A stretch of DNA of 55,056 bases, the filler included, from Dimargaris cristalligena (lineage: Eukaryota), in assembly GCA_003614675.1 (NCBI GenBank). It is 3 parts of 3 records of this genome, joined end to end, with 100 filler letters (N's around TTAATTAATTAA, not from the genome) between each part and the next. Parts side by side here need not be neighbours in the genome. Positions count along the whole stretch, not along the records: positions 1 to 18,311 come from ML002770.1; 2 more parts are not named here. One strand, given 5' to 3'. Below are positions 1 through 13,900 of this stretch, in pieces. The notes below the pieces were generated by a model. It worked only from the letters and a program-made list of their open reading frames with translations, did no database searches and was not told where the DNA came from. Every line of letters starts with the position of its first letter. Positions within the stretch are counted from its first letter, which is position 1. A program made the translations under genes and the position numbers.

Positions 1-2012
1 TATATGTGTATGGGAGAATATATGGGAAATGTATTTTTAGCTAGTAATATTGGCCGAATCTAATGGATTTTTCGTTAAACAGCCTTGTTGAGCCACTCCC
101 ATATAGTGTCTACCTACCGTTCAACCAATTATTTCTAGTTAGTTCATATGGTACCACAATAATGTACGTCAAATATGACTAACTACATACCACATGAGTT
201 CTCGGTACGCGGAAATCGAAAGCTCCGACTAGGCGTGTATATGGCCGAGTTTTAGGCCACAGCTATGCTAATTGGTTTATGCAAGAGGATATAAAGTATA
301 AAAAAAACTTATATCACCAGTTATTTTACCGTATATAATATGGTATTTAAATACCAGCTCGTGTAGAGATCATTGCCCAAGGAACTGGTCACTGGATACT
401 GAGGGTCTAATAGATTCATTAGATAGTGGCGTATGATAGCTCCTGTGCCGGTTAATGTAGTGGTGGTTGTAAGAGGATAATATAGTCACCCCTTAAATGT
501 CACCAGGCCAAACTATTACACTTTTGGATGGTTTGATTCTAACGGCATAGTTCATATGGCGCCTATCGTTAGTTTTCATTTACATATAATACTGTGCTTA
601 TCGCTTTGGGCCATCAACCTACACTGGGTCCAAAAAAATTGCCTTCCTTGTCTAATGTTTGATGGTTTAAGCAGTACCTGTGCCCGTTTTAGGTCACGCA
701 CTACTATGTCTAGTGACTACTTTCCAACCTCTATGACTGACACAAGTAAGCCACTTATCCTTACATTGACATGTAAACCAAATCCCCCCCCCAATGGTTA
801 TTCTATTGTTTTGTATGGGCACCATAAGCTTATACTATCGGTACTACATAGTATATACCATTTTGCTCTATTAATTTGCCAGACAATAGCCATCTATATC
901 CATTTTTGAACCACAAAATATCATCAACGAATAACTTACATCTGCTTTTTTAATTGTCGAGGGCTGTTTTCTAAATAAATAATTGCCATATACATATATT
1001 TATCACTTCTCTAGGTATATAACCCTATAGCGACATGTACCTAGTCCTTGGGAGGGGGCTCCAATTTACTTCAATTCTATAGAAAAGGCACACGAACTCT
1101 CATTTTTTTATTGTGCACTTGATCAATCACATCCCCTCTGTCCTCCGAAGTGGTTTAGAAGTCTCAACAGCGGAATCGGTATTTACCTGGCCCAGCGAAG
1201 TATATGATACACTGGTACCAAGTTGCGTCACTATACAATGAAGCTCCGGCTGAAGACCGGAACGGTAAATAAAATGCATCTAGCCATCGGAAAGGTTTAC
1301 GATATATTCACCGCCTTTTCAGCTTAATGGTATTAAGCTAGATATTTTATTCGGGTAGCTTTTTTTATTATATACATTCCGATTCATCAGAATATGAAGG
1401 GGTGCAATAGTTTGGCCAGCTGTAAAAGCCAGCAAGCCATGTTGATTAACTGGTGGAGTGTGGCTTCCCATTCAACGCCCTTAGTATATACAGTGGAAGG
1501 ACTTCCCACCCCGCATATCATAATGTACTTCAGGAAATGAATTATCCCCCCATTCTACATTGAAGAGGGGGAAATTCATTATGGTTTGTCTTTTTCCCTC
1601 TCTCTCTCTGTCACCAGTACATTTCTCTTTCTTTAGGAGGGGCCCAATGAACTTTTCTCCTTCCCCTTTTATTCCTCAGAAGGCTGTTCCCAATTCCTGC
1701 TTTTTCTCTTCCTTGTCCCCCCAGCCTTTTGGACCACCAACTTAACTCACTCTCTTTCTCTTTCTCTTTCTCTCTCTCTTTTTGCCTTCTTTTCCGCATA
1801 TCCTCCCGCACTGTTTGGACACACCTCATACTTTTATATTCTCACTTATTGGCCAACGAAAGAAGCCCAAATTATCTTTCCTTTGCTTTGCTGTCTTAAC
1901 AACCCCTCCTCCCCCCACGCGTGTGTGAGCGAGCAACGCGGCTGGCTGATCGCTATTTGGTTCGATTTTTCTTATTATTATTATTTCCAAACCCCTTTCA
2001 TCATCCTCCGCT

Positions 2013-5000
2013 ATGGGGGGAACCCGCATTTTGTATTTGTAAGTTCAACTGACTATCTTTAGGCCATATATAAAGGTGCCGACTCCGAGACCCTGTCAAA
2101 GTACTATAAAACCGCAACTAAAAGCTACAGCGGGGGGTTACTGTCTCGCTACTACCGCCCCTCCCCTCGATTCGCACTCCGTCTTACACCGGTCCAGGAA
2201 TCCGCTGAATGAGGCTAACCGAAACTCCATACCTTATTCTTGCCCATACTATACCCCCGATCCCCCCTCTCTCTTTTTACCTCACCGATACCCAGGTTGG
2301 AAATCAGCCGGGAATACCTCTTGTCTATCCAAACTATCCGCCGGGCCCAACCCCATTCCCCACTCCTATCACGCTTTAATCGTAAATGCTACCGCACCCT
2401 GGTCTACGCTTTTTACCATGCTGTCCATGAATTAGCCCAACTGGTGGAACGTTGCGAGTGTATCGATGCTAATCAACCCTTCCTAGTATCAGGTCACGCC
2501 AGCCCATCCTTCGCTTCCGCTGTGGTGGTGCCCTCTTCGCTACCCCCGCCAACCACCTCGGGCCCTAAACAGGTCACCATTATCTCACCCCACCGGTTAT
2601 CGCGATCGGCCCAATCGTCCCAATCATCCCAGCCATTTGCATTGCCTACCCATCGGACGGCGGCCCCTCCGCTGACCTATCCGGCCCCAGGCAATCCGGG
2701 CTTCACCGGCTATCCGGGGCAATCGGGCCCGGCTATGCCGCTCCGGCCATCTATTAAACACACCTACGAATCGGTGGTGCCCCGCGCATTGTACCCGTCG
2801 TTGGCTCAGGTGAAAGAATTATTGGATACGGCCCAGTTGCTGATGCACGATGTGTGTAGCCGGACTGTCCCCGGAGCCTTCCCCCCAGTAACCAATATAA
2901 CTGTGGGTCAACCAGTCGCTCACCATATCATCGACTCGGACGAGGAAATGGACGATGTCGTGGTGTCCAACCCCAATCCCAATACTAATACCACTTCCAA
3001 TATTGCGCCTCCCTCCACCGCCCCAACAGCGCCATCTACTACTCGGAGTAAGCCGTCTTTCAGTCTATTTATATCCGGTGTAAACAGCTCACGTGTCATT
3101 CTCGTTGGTGGGGGTCTTTCATGGGCTATTCAAATGGTATCGCTCGTTCAAGATTGCCTGTGCCTAGTATTTCACCCCATTTCATTACCCGTTAGTATAT
3201 ATTTCGCTATTTTATGTATAACTAAATGGTTGAATAGCTCTGTCGTATTTGCTTAAATGTCCTGTACCTGTTGGATAAAAAGACTCTGTCCCAACTGCCG
3301 CCGGTAATGAGGCCATCATCATTATTGATTCAGAAGCCGAGAAAGACGACAGTTTGCCGGACTATTCGGACTCCAGTGAGAGTGATGTCGAAGTAATCCG
3401 CATCGACTTTTCCACTCTGACGGCCCGCTCGGCGGACTTACGGCGACAGGAGCAAACCACATCACTGACCACTCCTGTAATATCCTCGAATCTACAGGTC
3501 CCCCCGCCCGGCTTACCTTCGTCAGTATTGTCATCATCATCATCATCATCGCTACCGTCCGCTTCGACCTTACCCAAAGTGCAAGAACTCCGAATATCGC
3601 CAGCTTCGTCGGATAATAAACCCGCCCTGACACGGGTAACGCCGCTAGCCTTCGATCTCCTGAGTCTGGTGCGGGACGAGGCCCAAGCGGCCCCCACCCA
3701 TGACCACCTCATCCGGTCGGTGGGTAAAAATCCAGCGGTTGCGGAACGCCCGGAGTGGTATACCCAAAATTTTGTTCAGGCCAGTGCGAAATCCCTGGCG
3801 GTGTACCGGCCGGCTAATACCAAGGTAAGTGCCATCTGATCTTTCTTGTCTTTCCCCCGCGTTTTCTTTTTATTTAATATATATATATATATATATATAT
3901 AATTGTTTGTATTTTGATTATTTTGTGGATTGTCCAATTTTGGTAATATATACTTTGGATAGGAGGAAGGGGGAGGAGTATCTGGAAAAGATTAACCTAG
4001 CACCATTCTGCATGATTCGGCAGATTTTCCAGCACTGCAATTGGATGGCATGCCAATCAGGCTGAACATCCGAAATTGGTGTTTCATATGACCTTTCAGC
4101 ACCAGGACTTCCACCCTGAATAAGTGTTTATATATATATATATTTCATATACGAAAGTTCTTACCAGTCTCCCTAACCATAATTGTTTGCAACCTTCCGT
4201 CCCCCCTTTATTATTATTGGCACCTGGTTACAGAAATCAACTAGTCTATTTCCGACCCCTTCCCGCTCTGTCCACTCTCAGCACCAGGGATATGGACGCC
4301 TTTCGTCCTGTCGACTGAGCCAGCGTGAGATTGGTAAGTCCCGATTTTCAAATACGTTCGTTTCCCTAGACCTGGGTGAATTAATCTATTGGTAACACAT
4401 GTCCGTGACTCTACTACTGCCGTCGCCCGTGTTTGCCTAATTCTATTCGGAAGACAAAAAAGCGTGTCAATCATTCCCACTAAATCATTGCCGTACTGTC
4501 ACTAAGCATGGTTCCGATTTTCGTAACCAATTCCCATACACCTGGTGATATACGTTTACAAGCTAAAACCCTAAACCTTATAGCCCTGTCACCATTACCT
4601 ACACCCATACTCACACACATATATATATATATATATATGTATATACTATTATTTTATTTAATATAGGCCTAGGCGGCCGAAGTGCCTTCCAAAAGCAGCT
4701 ATGGGCCCGCCAGCCGTGGAAGCTGGCCACCACCATCCGGGCCAACAGCGGCGAAATCATGAGCCTGTCCCTCGCCTCCATGGTAGTGGGGGGTACCGGG
4801 GGGGTGCCTAGTCTCCAATGCGCTATTGCGGCGTCATCCGATTTTAGCCGCGAGTATAACCGGGCCAACAACCTCAGTGTGTATGATATTCACCAGAACC
4901 GAGTCGTGCATTTACGGGGCCATACGACCCAACACCCCCAGTTTGGTGAAATGCACCGTACCGTGAATGCGGTGAAATTGGTACCGGCGACGGGCCATTT

Positions 5001-6087
5001 ACTGTCCATTGGACACGATGAATACGTCCGGATTTGGGATGCTGCGAGTCCTATGAGTACGACCAATAGTAATGGTAGTGGTGATACCCGGTCGGCCGGT
5101 GGGGCGGGGGTGGGGTCATCACGCCCCTACCCGTTGCTAGGCTCCCATCACTGTCCTGCGATACCTACCGATATCGCGGTGTTGGATAGGGCCGCCGTAG
5201 GTCAGGCAACCGTGGCTTTGAGCTGTAATGACTGTCAGGTTATTTTATTCGATTTGGAGGCTACGGCCTCGCACCAGAGGATGAATAGTAACCGTGGTAG
5301 CGGTAGCAGTCAATGGCACAGTTTCGGTATGGCCGCCCCATCGAAACTGATTAGACCGACTATATTGTCCGATCCAACGCTACAGGACCACGTTATTTCG
5401 GATATGTTATTCACCTCAAACCTAGTTTACGACCGTCACCAGGGTACCCGTAGCTATGGGACCAAACCCGTTTATATCGATGATAGTGACGATGACTATG
5501 GGGATGAAGATGCTGGTGGGGGTGATTTTTTGGATCCAGGTACAGGTAAGCGAAGACGCCGGGAAGCGGCCCAGGCGGCTATAGGTGCAGTTGCCGATCT
5601 GACCCTGAATTACAAAATAAGTGGGTATCCCATACCCGGTAAACCCAAGCCCCTACCGACCCCCAACCACTCCAACAACGCCCATTTCCTGGCCTCGGCC
5701 TCGGCCTCCGCCTTGCGGAGCCGGATGCCCCGTCCGAATTCGTTGCTCGTTACCGCCCACGAAGCCCCCAGCGCCCGGCGGGACGGCTGCGTGCAATACT
5801 GGGATATCCGGGCCCAACGGCCTCTGCACCGCCTCACGGATGTGACCGGATCCGTGTATTGTCTCGATTACCACGCGTCGGCCGAGACCCTGGCGTACGC
5901 TCACGGCCGGGTATCGGACCCGGGATCCACGCCTGCGAGTCGGGCCCGTAAAAATACGATCCGCCAGGCCCGGGTGTCGCTGGGCCAGGTGAATCAACCC
6001 AAGTCGTTCTTGGCGATGGAGTTGGACCATGGGTTTATCAATGTGGTTAAAATTAGGTAAGTAATACCCGTGTGATAGTATATCATC

Positions 6088-6119
<32 letters not shown>

Positions 6120-7322
6120 TATGTTCCAGGTAAATTCTGAGCCGTGGAGGCAATTTGGTAAAACACTGCTCTTTGACGAGTTGACTGTTCGAAATCTTTC
6201 ATTGTACAGGTTTGATATAGGCTGGGCTTGACGGGGTGTACCCTGAAATGCGAACTAATGTAGTAACCTATATTTCTTGTTGCAAAACTAATAATGCCAT
6301 ATGGCCAAATCCGGGGGGTGTATACTATCATTTAATTATTATTATTATTATTTTAGTCCGTGTGGTAGATTTGTTGCTTCTGGCACTCAAGATGATCTGT
6401 GTGTGATTCACGACATTCGATTTCCCACCAAGCCCCTTCATAAACTCGCCCACCACCGTAAGTACTCTCTTTCCCCCTCACCTCGCTTCGCCGTGTATTT
6501 CATCAATTCCGCTGAGGATTCCAGCCGGTGATTTAGTAGGACTCTCACTCCGATGGAAGCAAGCTGTATTTTTGCGCCACTTCACACCATTATTAATAGC
6601 CTTTTGTCTGCGCCTCGATGGTAATTTATCGGGGGATGGTTGTATACTTTAATTACCCACTTCTACTGCTATATACGTATCAGGTGACGTATCGTTCAAC
6701 CACCATGATGGTATTTTTGCGGTACATTGGCTTGATTCCTCACATGTCATTACTGGGGGTGCGGATGCTAAGGTATGTTACAGTCTATTGTATTGTAGCT
6801 GGGGGCGATTTTAACTGTTCAAGAAACATATGGGCTTTATCTGGTTTGGATTGTTTAGTAGTAGGGACCTAGTAGTATATTCATCGTCTATACAATGCCT
6901 AATCCGTATGCAACAACACACCCATACCCCCTTCTTACTCTACTAGATAAAATGCTGGGACATTGATTTGGGCGACCCTTTAGTCCATGAGCTGAGTGAC
7001 CCAGAAGGTCCTATTTGCAACATGACTGTTTACGGTAAGTGATGAAGCGTGTCCGCAACCCTATCTATACTTAACCACGGATTGCCTAATATTGATGTTT
7101 GCAGATGACGGGTGACACACTTACCCAGTATTACATTTTCTTCCCCGCCCCTTATCGCGCCGGTACCTGTTGTCACACATGTTTAATCTAACCCGCTGAA
7201 TTCTATGCAAACCCTGTAACCTGTCATTATGTATCACCTTACTTTGGTCGTAACTAGAAAACTATATGGCGGTAGGCACACAGTGTGGGTCCATTTTCAT
7301 GTACAATATTCATTCCCTTTAG
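2013..7322 (+). CDS. WD40-repeat DCAF protein, Raf1/Dos1/Clr8 (CLRC) / DIM-9 (DCAF26)-like, ~1050 aa, 9 exons
   Basis: Manually spliced with GT-AG introns and consistent phases: 2013-2038, 2296-3047, 3283-3824, 4234-4333, 4667-6056, 6357-6457, 6684-6772, 6947-7034, 7258-7322 (3153 nt, ends TAG). WD40 repeats: GHDEYVRIWD, SGTQDDLCVIHDIR, TGGADAKIKCWD. WDxR motif YWDIR. The segments LSQREIG, ANSGEIMSL and EYNRANNL..GH resemble Raf1/DIM-9 family motifs from recall, not a search. WD40 call is strong; orthology is moderate. Confidence 0.8.
3878..3900. repeat. (AT)n microsatellite (others at ~4130, ~4620, ~6105, ~20175; (GT)n at ~10275)
   Basis: Directly visible dinucleotide runs, mostly intronic. 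Confidence 0.85.
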
Positions 7323-10300
7323 CAGAAACAGGAGTTTTAACGAATTATTACCCTGTTTATATTTCTTCCATAGTACCCTGTTATTTTTAATTATTGTTAG
7401 CCTTGATCAATTGATTGATTTCCCATGAGGGCTCCTTACCTAGCCCTCTCGTTTTTCCGAACTTGTTTAATCCCGATCTTAGGGGGAAGGAGGGGGATCG
7501 TTTATACCAATCTAGGTGTTATGGATTGTAGGAGTATATATATAATGGGGTATTTCATTATTATAATTTTTTGAATTTATAAGACCTTTAGTATAAGTTA
7601 ACGGGCATTTAAGAACATACACGCACATTTGGCTTGAGTTGAATTGTCTTTATCCCTAACCCACCAGCATAATTGCACAATAACACCATTTTGTAATGCA
7701 TTATTATTTAATACTGCTAAACTGGCGGCTTGGGTACACGCGGCCGTAGATAATTTACATGCTTGACGAAGACTGGTCTATTTGGTTTGGCTTAGGCAAT
7801 TGCTCCAAAAAAAAATCAATAAAGAGCGATATAAAACCCTCTAACTCTTGAAGATGATCAAGTAGAGCTGAATATGATATTGTAGGTTTGTCAGATTTTA
7901 GGGAAGCGGGAGATGCATCCCCACCCGGTCCCTGTGGATTTCCTTCCCATATTGAATCTTATTATTCCTGGAATAGATGGTGGTAATAGAATCGGCAGGG
8001 TACACCGTCTCGACCGAAGAAATACACTTAATACCTCATAGTTGAGCCTTATTACCCGAATCAATGCCAGTCCTATCCAACTTGGGGGTATGAAGCTCCC
8101 CCCCTCATCTCTTTTCAGTTTACCTGACCAGGCAAAGGGTAATCCAGTCGACTACTTTTCGCCCTGCCCTTAAGTTCCCCTATAGGCTAATCGTAGTTTT
8201 TGCAAGACAAAAATGATTGACAGATTGTCGTCACTCACCTCGGTGGACATCACGCCTATGCCATTCATTACGGGCACACATCGGCACTTCACAATAGTCA
8301 AGTTATACATTTCCCTAGATCCATATATATAAAGCGATTTTTATTATACAACGGAAGAGTCGATACTACCGATTTGCTCGTTTACAGCACCATGGGTTAA
8401 TCCGAATATATAAATTAGACTGACTTTGTCATGGATGATTTACAAAATGTATGGAGGGTAATGAGGGTCGGTTAGCTGTCGATCCGGACACCTTAATGGC
8501 CAGACCAAATAATTAACCCAAGGTGGTTCTAAATAGAATGGTTTACTAATACCATATATCCTCCCTCCCCCATACCCCCCCCCCGACTGTTTGCAGTCAA
8601 AATGGCGCCTGTTTTTATTGGTTGCCTGTAATTTCAATTTTAAAAATAAAAATGAAGTTTGTAAGTTGGAGGAATGGCTAAAAGGGTGAAGGGGGCGTGG
8701 GGGAGCATAGGAATTGACCTGTGGTGGGATAGGTAGTTGTGAGTGGTAGGAGTTGAATGGGAATCGCCCAAGAGGGCACACAATTGAGATTATCAACCCG
8801 ATGCGCCTTGTATAGTTTTTTCTACGGGTTAACGAATGGACTTTACAAGGAGCTGAACCAATTGACCTACCGACTATTTAAAGATTGGGGGAGGGGATGA
8901 GGGAGGAGGGAGGAGGTTATCGAGATTGAGTTGTGGTTGGATAAGATGGGGCGGGTCGTGAAGGGGGAGAGGGTAAATCATATAAACGGGATAGAAGGAG
9001 GAGAAGGGGGGGATGCTAATGGCTGTGGCACTTGCAGTGCTGATCAGACCCAATTGGCAATCTTTAGGCCAAGATATAATGGACTGGGATTGGGAATGAC
9101 CAGTTAGTTGAACGGGAAAACCTTGGAGCTAAGAGCGTTGAATTAAACAATTGAATGATATCCGGAACACTTTAAAGTATGGCTCGGATTTAGTTACGTA
9201 CGGTATTTTAGGAAGCATAGGTTACACATATAACAGTGGCAGTAAATTACATATAGCATAGTGTGAAATAGAGTGGCTAGGGATAATAGGCATGATAATA
9301 GGGATACTGTATTATAGCCGTATTGAGCAAAGCAAGCGATAACAATGGCAATTCTTCGATTGAATGATTCCCAAGAAAAACTCGGTATGTATAAAGGGAG
9401 TAGTATATTATTAGATGCGCCGGTTTAGTTGCTGTGGCCTGGGTCGACCCGAAATGATGCTGGTGGTAATCCACATTATTTTCTAACTATTTATATAATA
9501 ATAATAGTTTATAGATGCGAAATCTACACATTCGGTATATTGGCTTGGGGCCTGAATTACCGAATCACTCTATAGTTTCCGAATCCACATTGGGGATTGT
9601 AGATGGAGATGATTGGTGTAAATGGGCGGAGCGGATGAATGGCACTTTCCCTCTTGACTAGCCAACCACCAACTAGTAGTAATAGGCGTAAACCCTAAAA
9701 GTAGAGTAAAAAATGGGTATATGAGGTGGGCAAGAGGGGGAGGGGTGTGTGTGTGTGGTGGTGGTGTGTCACCCACCGTTTCCTCTTACTCTACAGGGGG
9801 GGATCTCAGTGGCGAATAAACGCGCGCGAAAGAGAAGGATGTCAAAGAAAAGGGAAGGAGTGATGGGGATAATCAGCGTGACACCAAAGGCCAATTACCA
9901 AGCGGATGTGCCGATCCGTGTTCCCTACTATCGGTTTGGCGGGCGCCCGTTGGCGGGAACCGAACAATTACGGCGGTTGGATTACAACAAGCCAGCATAT
10001 GCCGAGCGGTTTTCCCATGATACTTACCTATACTAAATTAGAGGAAGGTGATGGCGCGGTTGGTGTATCTTCCGGGACACACTGACTGCTCTACCCACTC
10101 GGTCGGTTTGGCCGGGATAGTCTAGGATATGATTACGGTACTTCCGGGTATGGTGTAGTGATATTTAAGTGACTGGAAGAGCGTGAGAGAGGGTGAGATA
10201 CTTACTTATACTATATACTCTGCATGGTTTGATGAATACGTCCATGTTTACCATGGTTCCGGATCCCCCCCTGTGTATGTGTGTGTGTGTGCGTGCGTGC

Positions 10301-12283
10301 GTGTACTATGAGGGGGGGGAGTAGTGGTGGACCATAATAACTAGCAGTGAATCAAATGGTCTATGCGTGTGCGTCAAAGCGCCGAAGGCAGTGTTGTGTG
10401 CTGTGCATCGAATTGCAAGTTGTGTGCGTCCATTAAACCCTTCTTCTCTCCTTCCTTTTTTCTGGTGGAAGGGCAGGAGTGAGCACCGCCGGTGTCGCTT
10501 GCATTTGAGCCATTGTCCATTTTGGGCTATATGGAGAGAGGACTAGTAGAGTATAAGCTATATGCAACAAGGGGGAAGAGGTCCAAATAGGAGAAGAGAA
10601 ACCCCCCAAACACACCCGCCGTAGTATAGTGATGGCAGTTGTATGCCTGTGTCACCCATCTGGCCGGATGGTTGGGCAAATAGCACGGCCAAGGGAGGGG
10701 GGGCATATAAGTATATAGAGGGGCTGACGAAGGCGGCTAGGATTTGATGCACATGTCTTATTAGCAAGGAACTGGAAGGGGAGCCGCGCAGACCAAAAAG
10801 CCAAGGTAATCTGGTGGTGGTGTAACCCCAATAGGGGAAATGGTGAAAGAGAATTTGTCATGGGGTCGTTACTAAAGGGCAGAGCGACCCGATGAATAAA
10901 AGTAATACCGACGGGTGGGGGAGTGGCACCAAGCCAAGACCAGCAAGGGCTACTACTACTAGTACTACTTAGCCAAAGAACTCAGCCAATGCCCCCCACA
11001 CCGCCTAACATGTGGTGGGCCGCTACCACGTGTGGGTGGGGGGGATGAGAAAGGGAACAAAAGGGCCTTGTTAGGTTTACTCCCCTCCCTCTCTCCCCGC
11101 ACACCTGCCTCTTCCTCCTCACACTGCACCCCCCTCTCTCTCCACTCCACTAACTCACCCATCCTTCCGTGTTTTACTTTACATACTGTGCGGCTCTCCT
11201 TCATTCACTAGGCAAAGTCCTCCACATACCTACTACTAACAAATGCACCACTGGCCTTCCTCTTTTCTCCCTGTATATTACAATGGCCGCTACTATCTTT
11301 TTTATTGGCCCCTTTACCAACTCGTGAGCAAAGCGAAAGACCCTTCTCCCCTTGCCCCTCACTCACTCCCTCCCTATGGTACAAAGCGTCCCATCATCCA
11401 TATATGCGCATGAATGGTAGTGGGATTGGTGGATGGATGATGTTCATGCTTGGGGGGATTCAATGTGGATGGAGAGGATGTATGCGCACCATCTCATCCG
11501 TCGTATGAAGCGGTCCCCTTTATAAACAACCCGGCTCCGTCGCCCGCCGAGCTCTTGTTCTCCTTTAAATATTATCCTATTTGATTTTATCTTATCCCTT
11601 ACCTATCCAATCCAGCCAGCGAACTTGCTTCTCTTTTACTTACTACCATATTCTTTTGTTTCCACGCACGCAAGTCGCTTCTTCAGCAACTTACCCGGTA
11701 CACTCATATCTCTGTCACCCTTTCTTTATCCTTCAATATTCATTTATTTACTCTCACTCACTCACCACTATTACTACTACTTATACCCCCCCTTCTATGT
11801 GCGTCGTCGTCACTGGCCCCACCCCCGGTTTGATACTATTTTATCTACATATATTATTCACTCTGGTGGCTTTGTCGCTCCGTAAACTAAAGCCGTCGTT
11901 TACGCGTTTTTGTTTTTTTTGCTCCCCTGTCCACTTTCTCTTTTGTGACCCTTTCCGGGCGCATCATTTTCCCTGAGCAGTGAGTGGTGAACACACCCCC
12001 TCCTCTGAACCGGGACATTCGTCAATCTCGATCCCCCTGTTCAGCCTTTTTTATCAATATTTAAAAATCCCTTTCCTTTTCCAGTTGTCCGGCTACAATC
12101 CCACCCCTCCTCTCCTTCTCGCTGGGCGACGCTTGCGAGTAGTCAAACGCTATCATTCTCATATACCTTTGTTCGCCCCCGCGTGACCGCCAACAAGCCA
12201 ACTAACGTGGAAACCAAGCAGTACTGTCCTGTCCCTTATAAACCATACCCGCATATTACCCACCCGCGCACCATCCGTTTGAG

Positions 12284-13879
12284 GTAAGACATTTCTTCAT
12301 ATATCAATGGCACGTCTATTCGAGGGCAGCATTCCACTACTCTACCCTCAGGACCAGTAGTGTTCTTCCACTATCTAGACCCAGCTATGGGATGGTCTAT
12401 TTGTGTTCCCCCATCCAATGGGGGATGGCGTGGTCAGTTGGCCTTGGGGAGTGGCCACGCGCATTATTTTCTATTGCCCCGTTTTTGTTTTTTTGTTGGG
12501 GCCTTTTCCTGTTTGGTCGGGCGCTCTTGATTTTTCAATTTATTTCCCTTCGTATTTTCGCGTGGCTGCTATTACACTAGCGCTCGTGGCGTGTCGGCCC
12601 CATTTGATGTTCCTTCTTCGTCCAAGACTTAGTCAAAAACACCCCACAATACGCTGCTGTGGATCCTGTGGTGGTGGTGGGCGCACCAGTGTTCCTCCTC
12701 TGTCCTCAATAGGAAGGGGGTGGTATGTTTGTAGGTTTTTAGTTCGGTTGAGGGCCAGCAATGTCGGTGAACCTGTTTCCCCACAATACTCGTCTCTCCA
12801 CCGACCGACCGACAGTAACCCGGGTTTTAAGGAGTAGCCTGTAGAGAGAGCAGGGGGGGGGGGTGTACTCCGTCTCATCTAGTATTCATCGCCATGTGAA
12901 GTAGGCCAGGTGTGTTTTTTTTTGGTACATCGTGGCGTTTTCCGTGGCGACGGTATACTGGTGAATAGAGTGAGGGAGAGTGGCATAGGGTGGGATGGGG
13001 CGGGGGATGGGAGAGGGAAGGGAGGGGGCGGTTGGGATGTAAATGCAAAGAGGGGTTAATGTATGTCAGTCCTCACTTCTGCCATCTATACTATTAATTT
13101 GCCTCCCCCCCAATTCGTGGCCCATGTCCGCTGTGTAACAACAAACCTACCGACTGCCATGCCGGCTCTCCCTTTGCCCCACTTTTCCTTTACTGCCGAC
13201 ACTTGCCTTCCCCTCCCTCCCTGGTGTCACTTTTGTTGGGAGCTTACCCTTCTTCATATTTGCCACTCGGATGCGCGGGTTACTCGTTTTTAATGTAATA
13301 TTGGGTGGTTTTTAGTGCCTGTATTTATTATTATATCGGGCCTTAATCTTCCCCATTATACACTGGTTCTTATTTACGACTAAGGTTCACCACTTTCTTC
13401 TCCCTTTGTAGTTTTTTGCTTTTAAAGTGCTGCGACCCCTTTTAAGGGATCTAGCCGCTCTTCCCGTTCCTTTTGCGTCGCGTGTCCTTTTGGTATAGTT
13501 TGCTCCCGCCCACCTCGTTCCCCCCCTCTCTCCCATTCTTCAACTATCCCCCCATCCCCCAATAGGCTGTTGTCCTCTCCTATACTCTACTCGCTACTCT
13601 CAGACCATTTCCACACCCACCCTTTCTGTCCCCTATTGAGTCATGGTTACTCCAAGAATTCTGCTCTTCGTTTCTTAGCTCCCCTGAGTGCCTCGTGTGC
13701 GACCTTCATTAGGTCGTCCTTTGCCCTGTTTATTTTTTTATTCTCCCTTTCTCCTTTCCGTTCGCCCCTCTCTTTTTATGCGCCAGACAGCCCCCCGTTT
13801 ATCCCTCTGCTCACTATTTAACCAGCCCTAACCCCCTCATCTCGACCTTTTCCACGTACCTGTTCTTTGCTGTTTGTAG
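12284..13879 (+). other. probable 1.6 kb 5'-UTR intron of the bHLH gene
   Basis: GAG|GTAAGA donor at 12284. CCTAAC branch-like site and pyrimidine tract end in TGTAG at 13879, 21 nt before the ATG. The upstream exon has an in-frame TAA (12239-12241), so it is non-coding. The donor-acceptor pairing is inferred. Confidence 0.5.
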
Positions 13880-13900
13880 ATTTGCCGCCGTTCTACCCAC

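Noticed and set aside
556-909. 117-aa ORF / possible transposon relic in the first kilobase
   Set aside because: No domain motif, terminal repeat or strong CpG loss; it cannot be supported.
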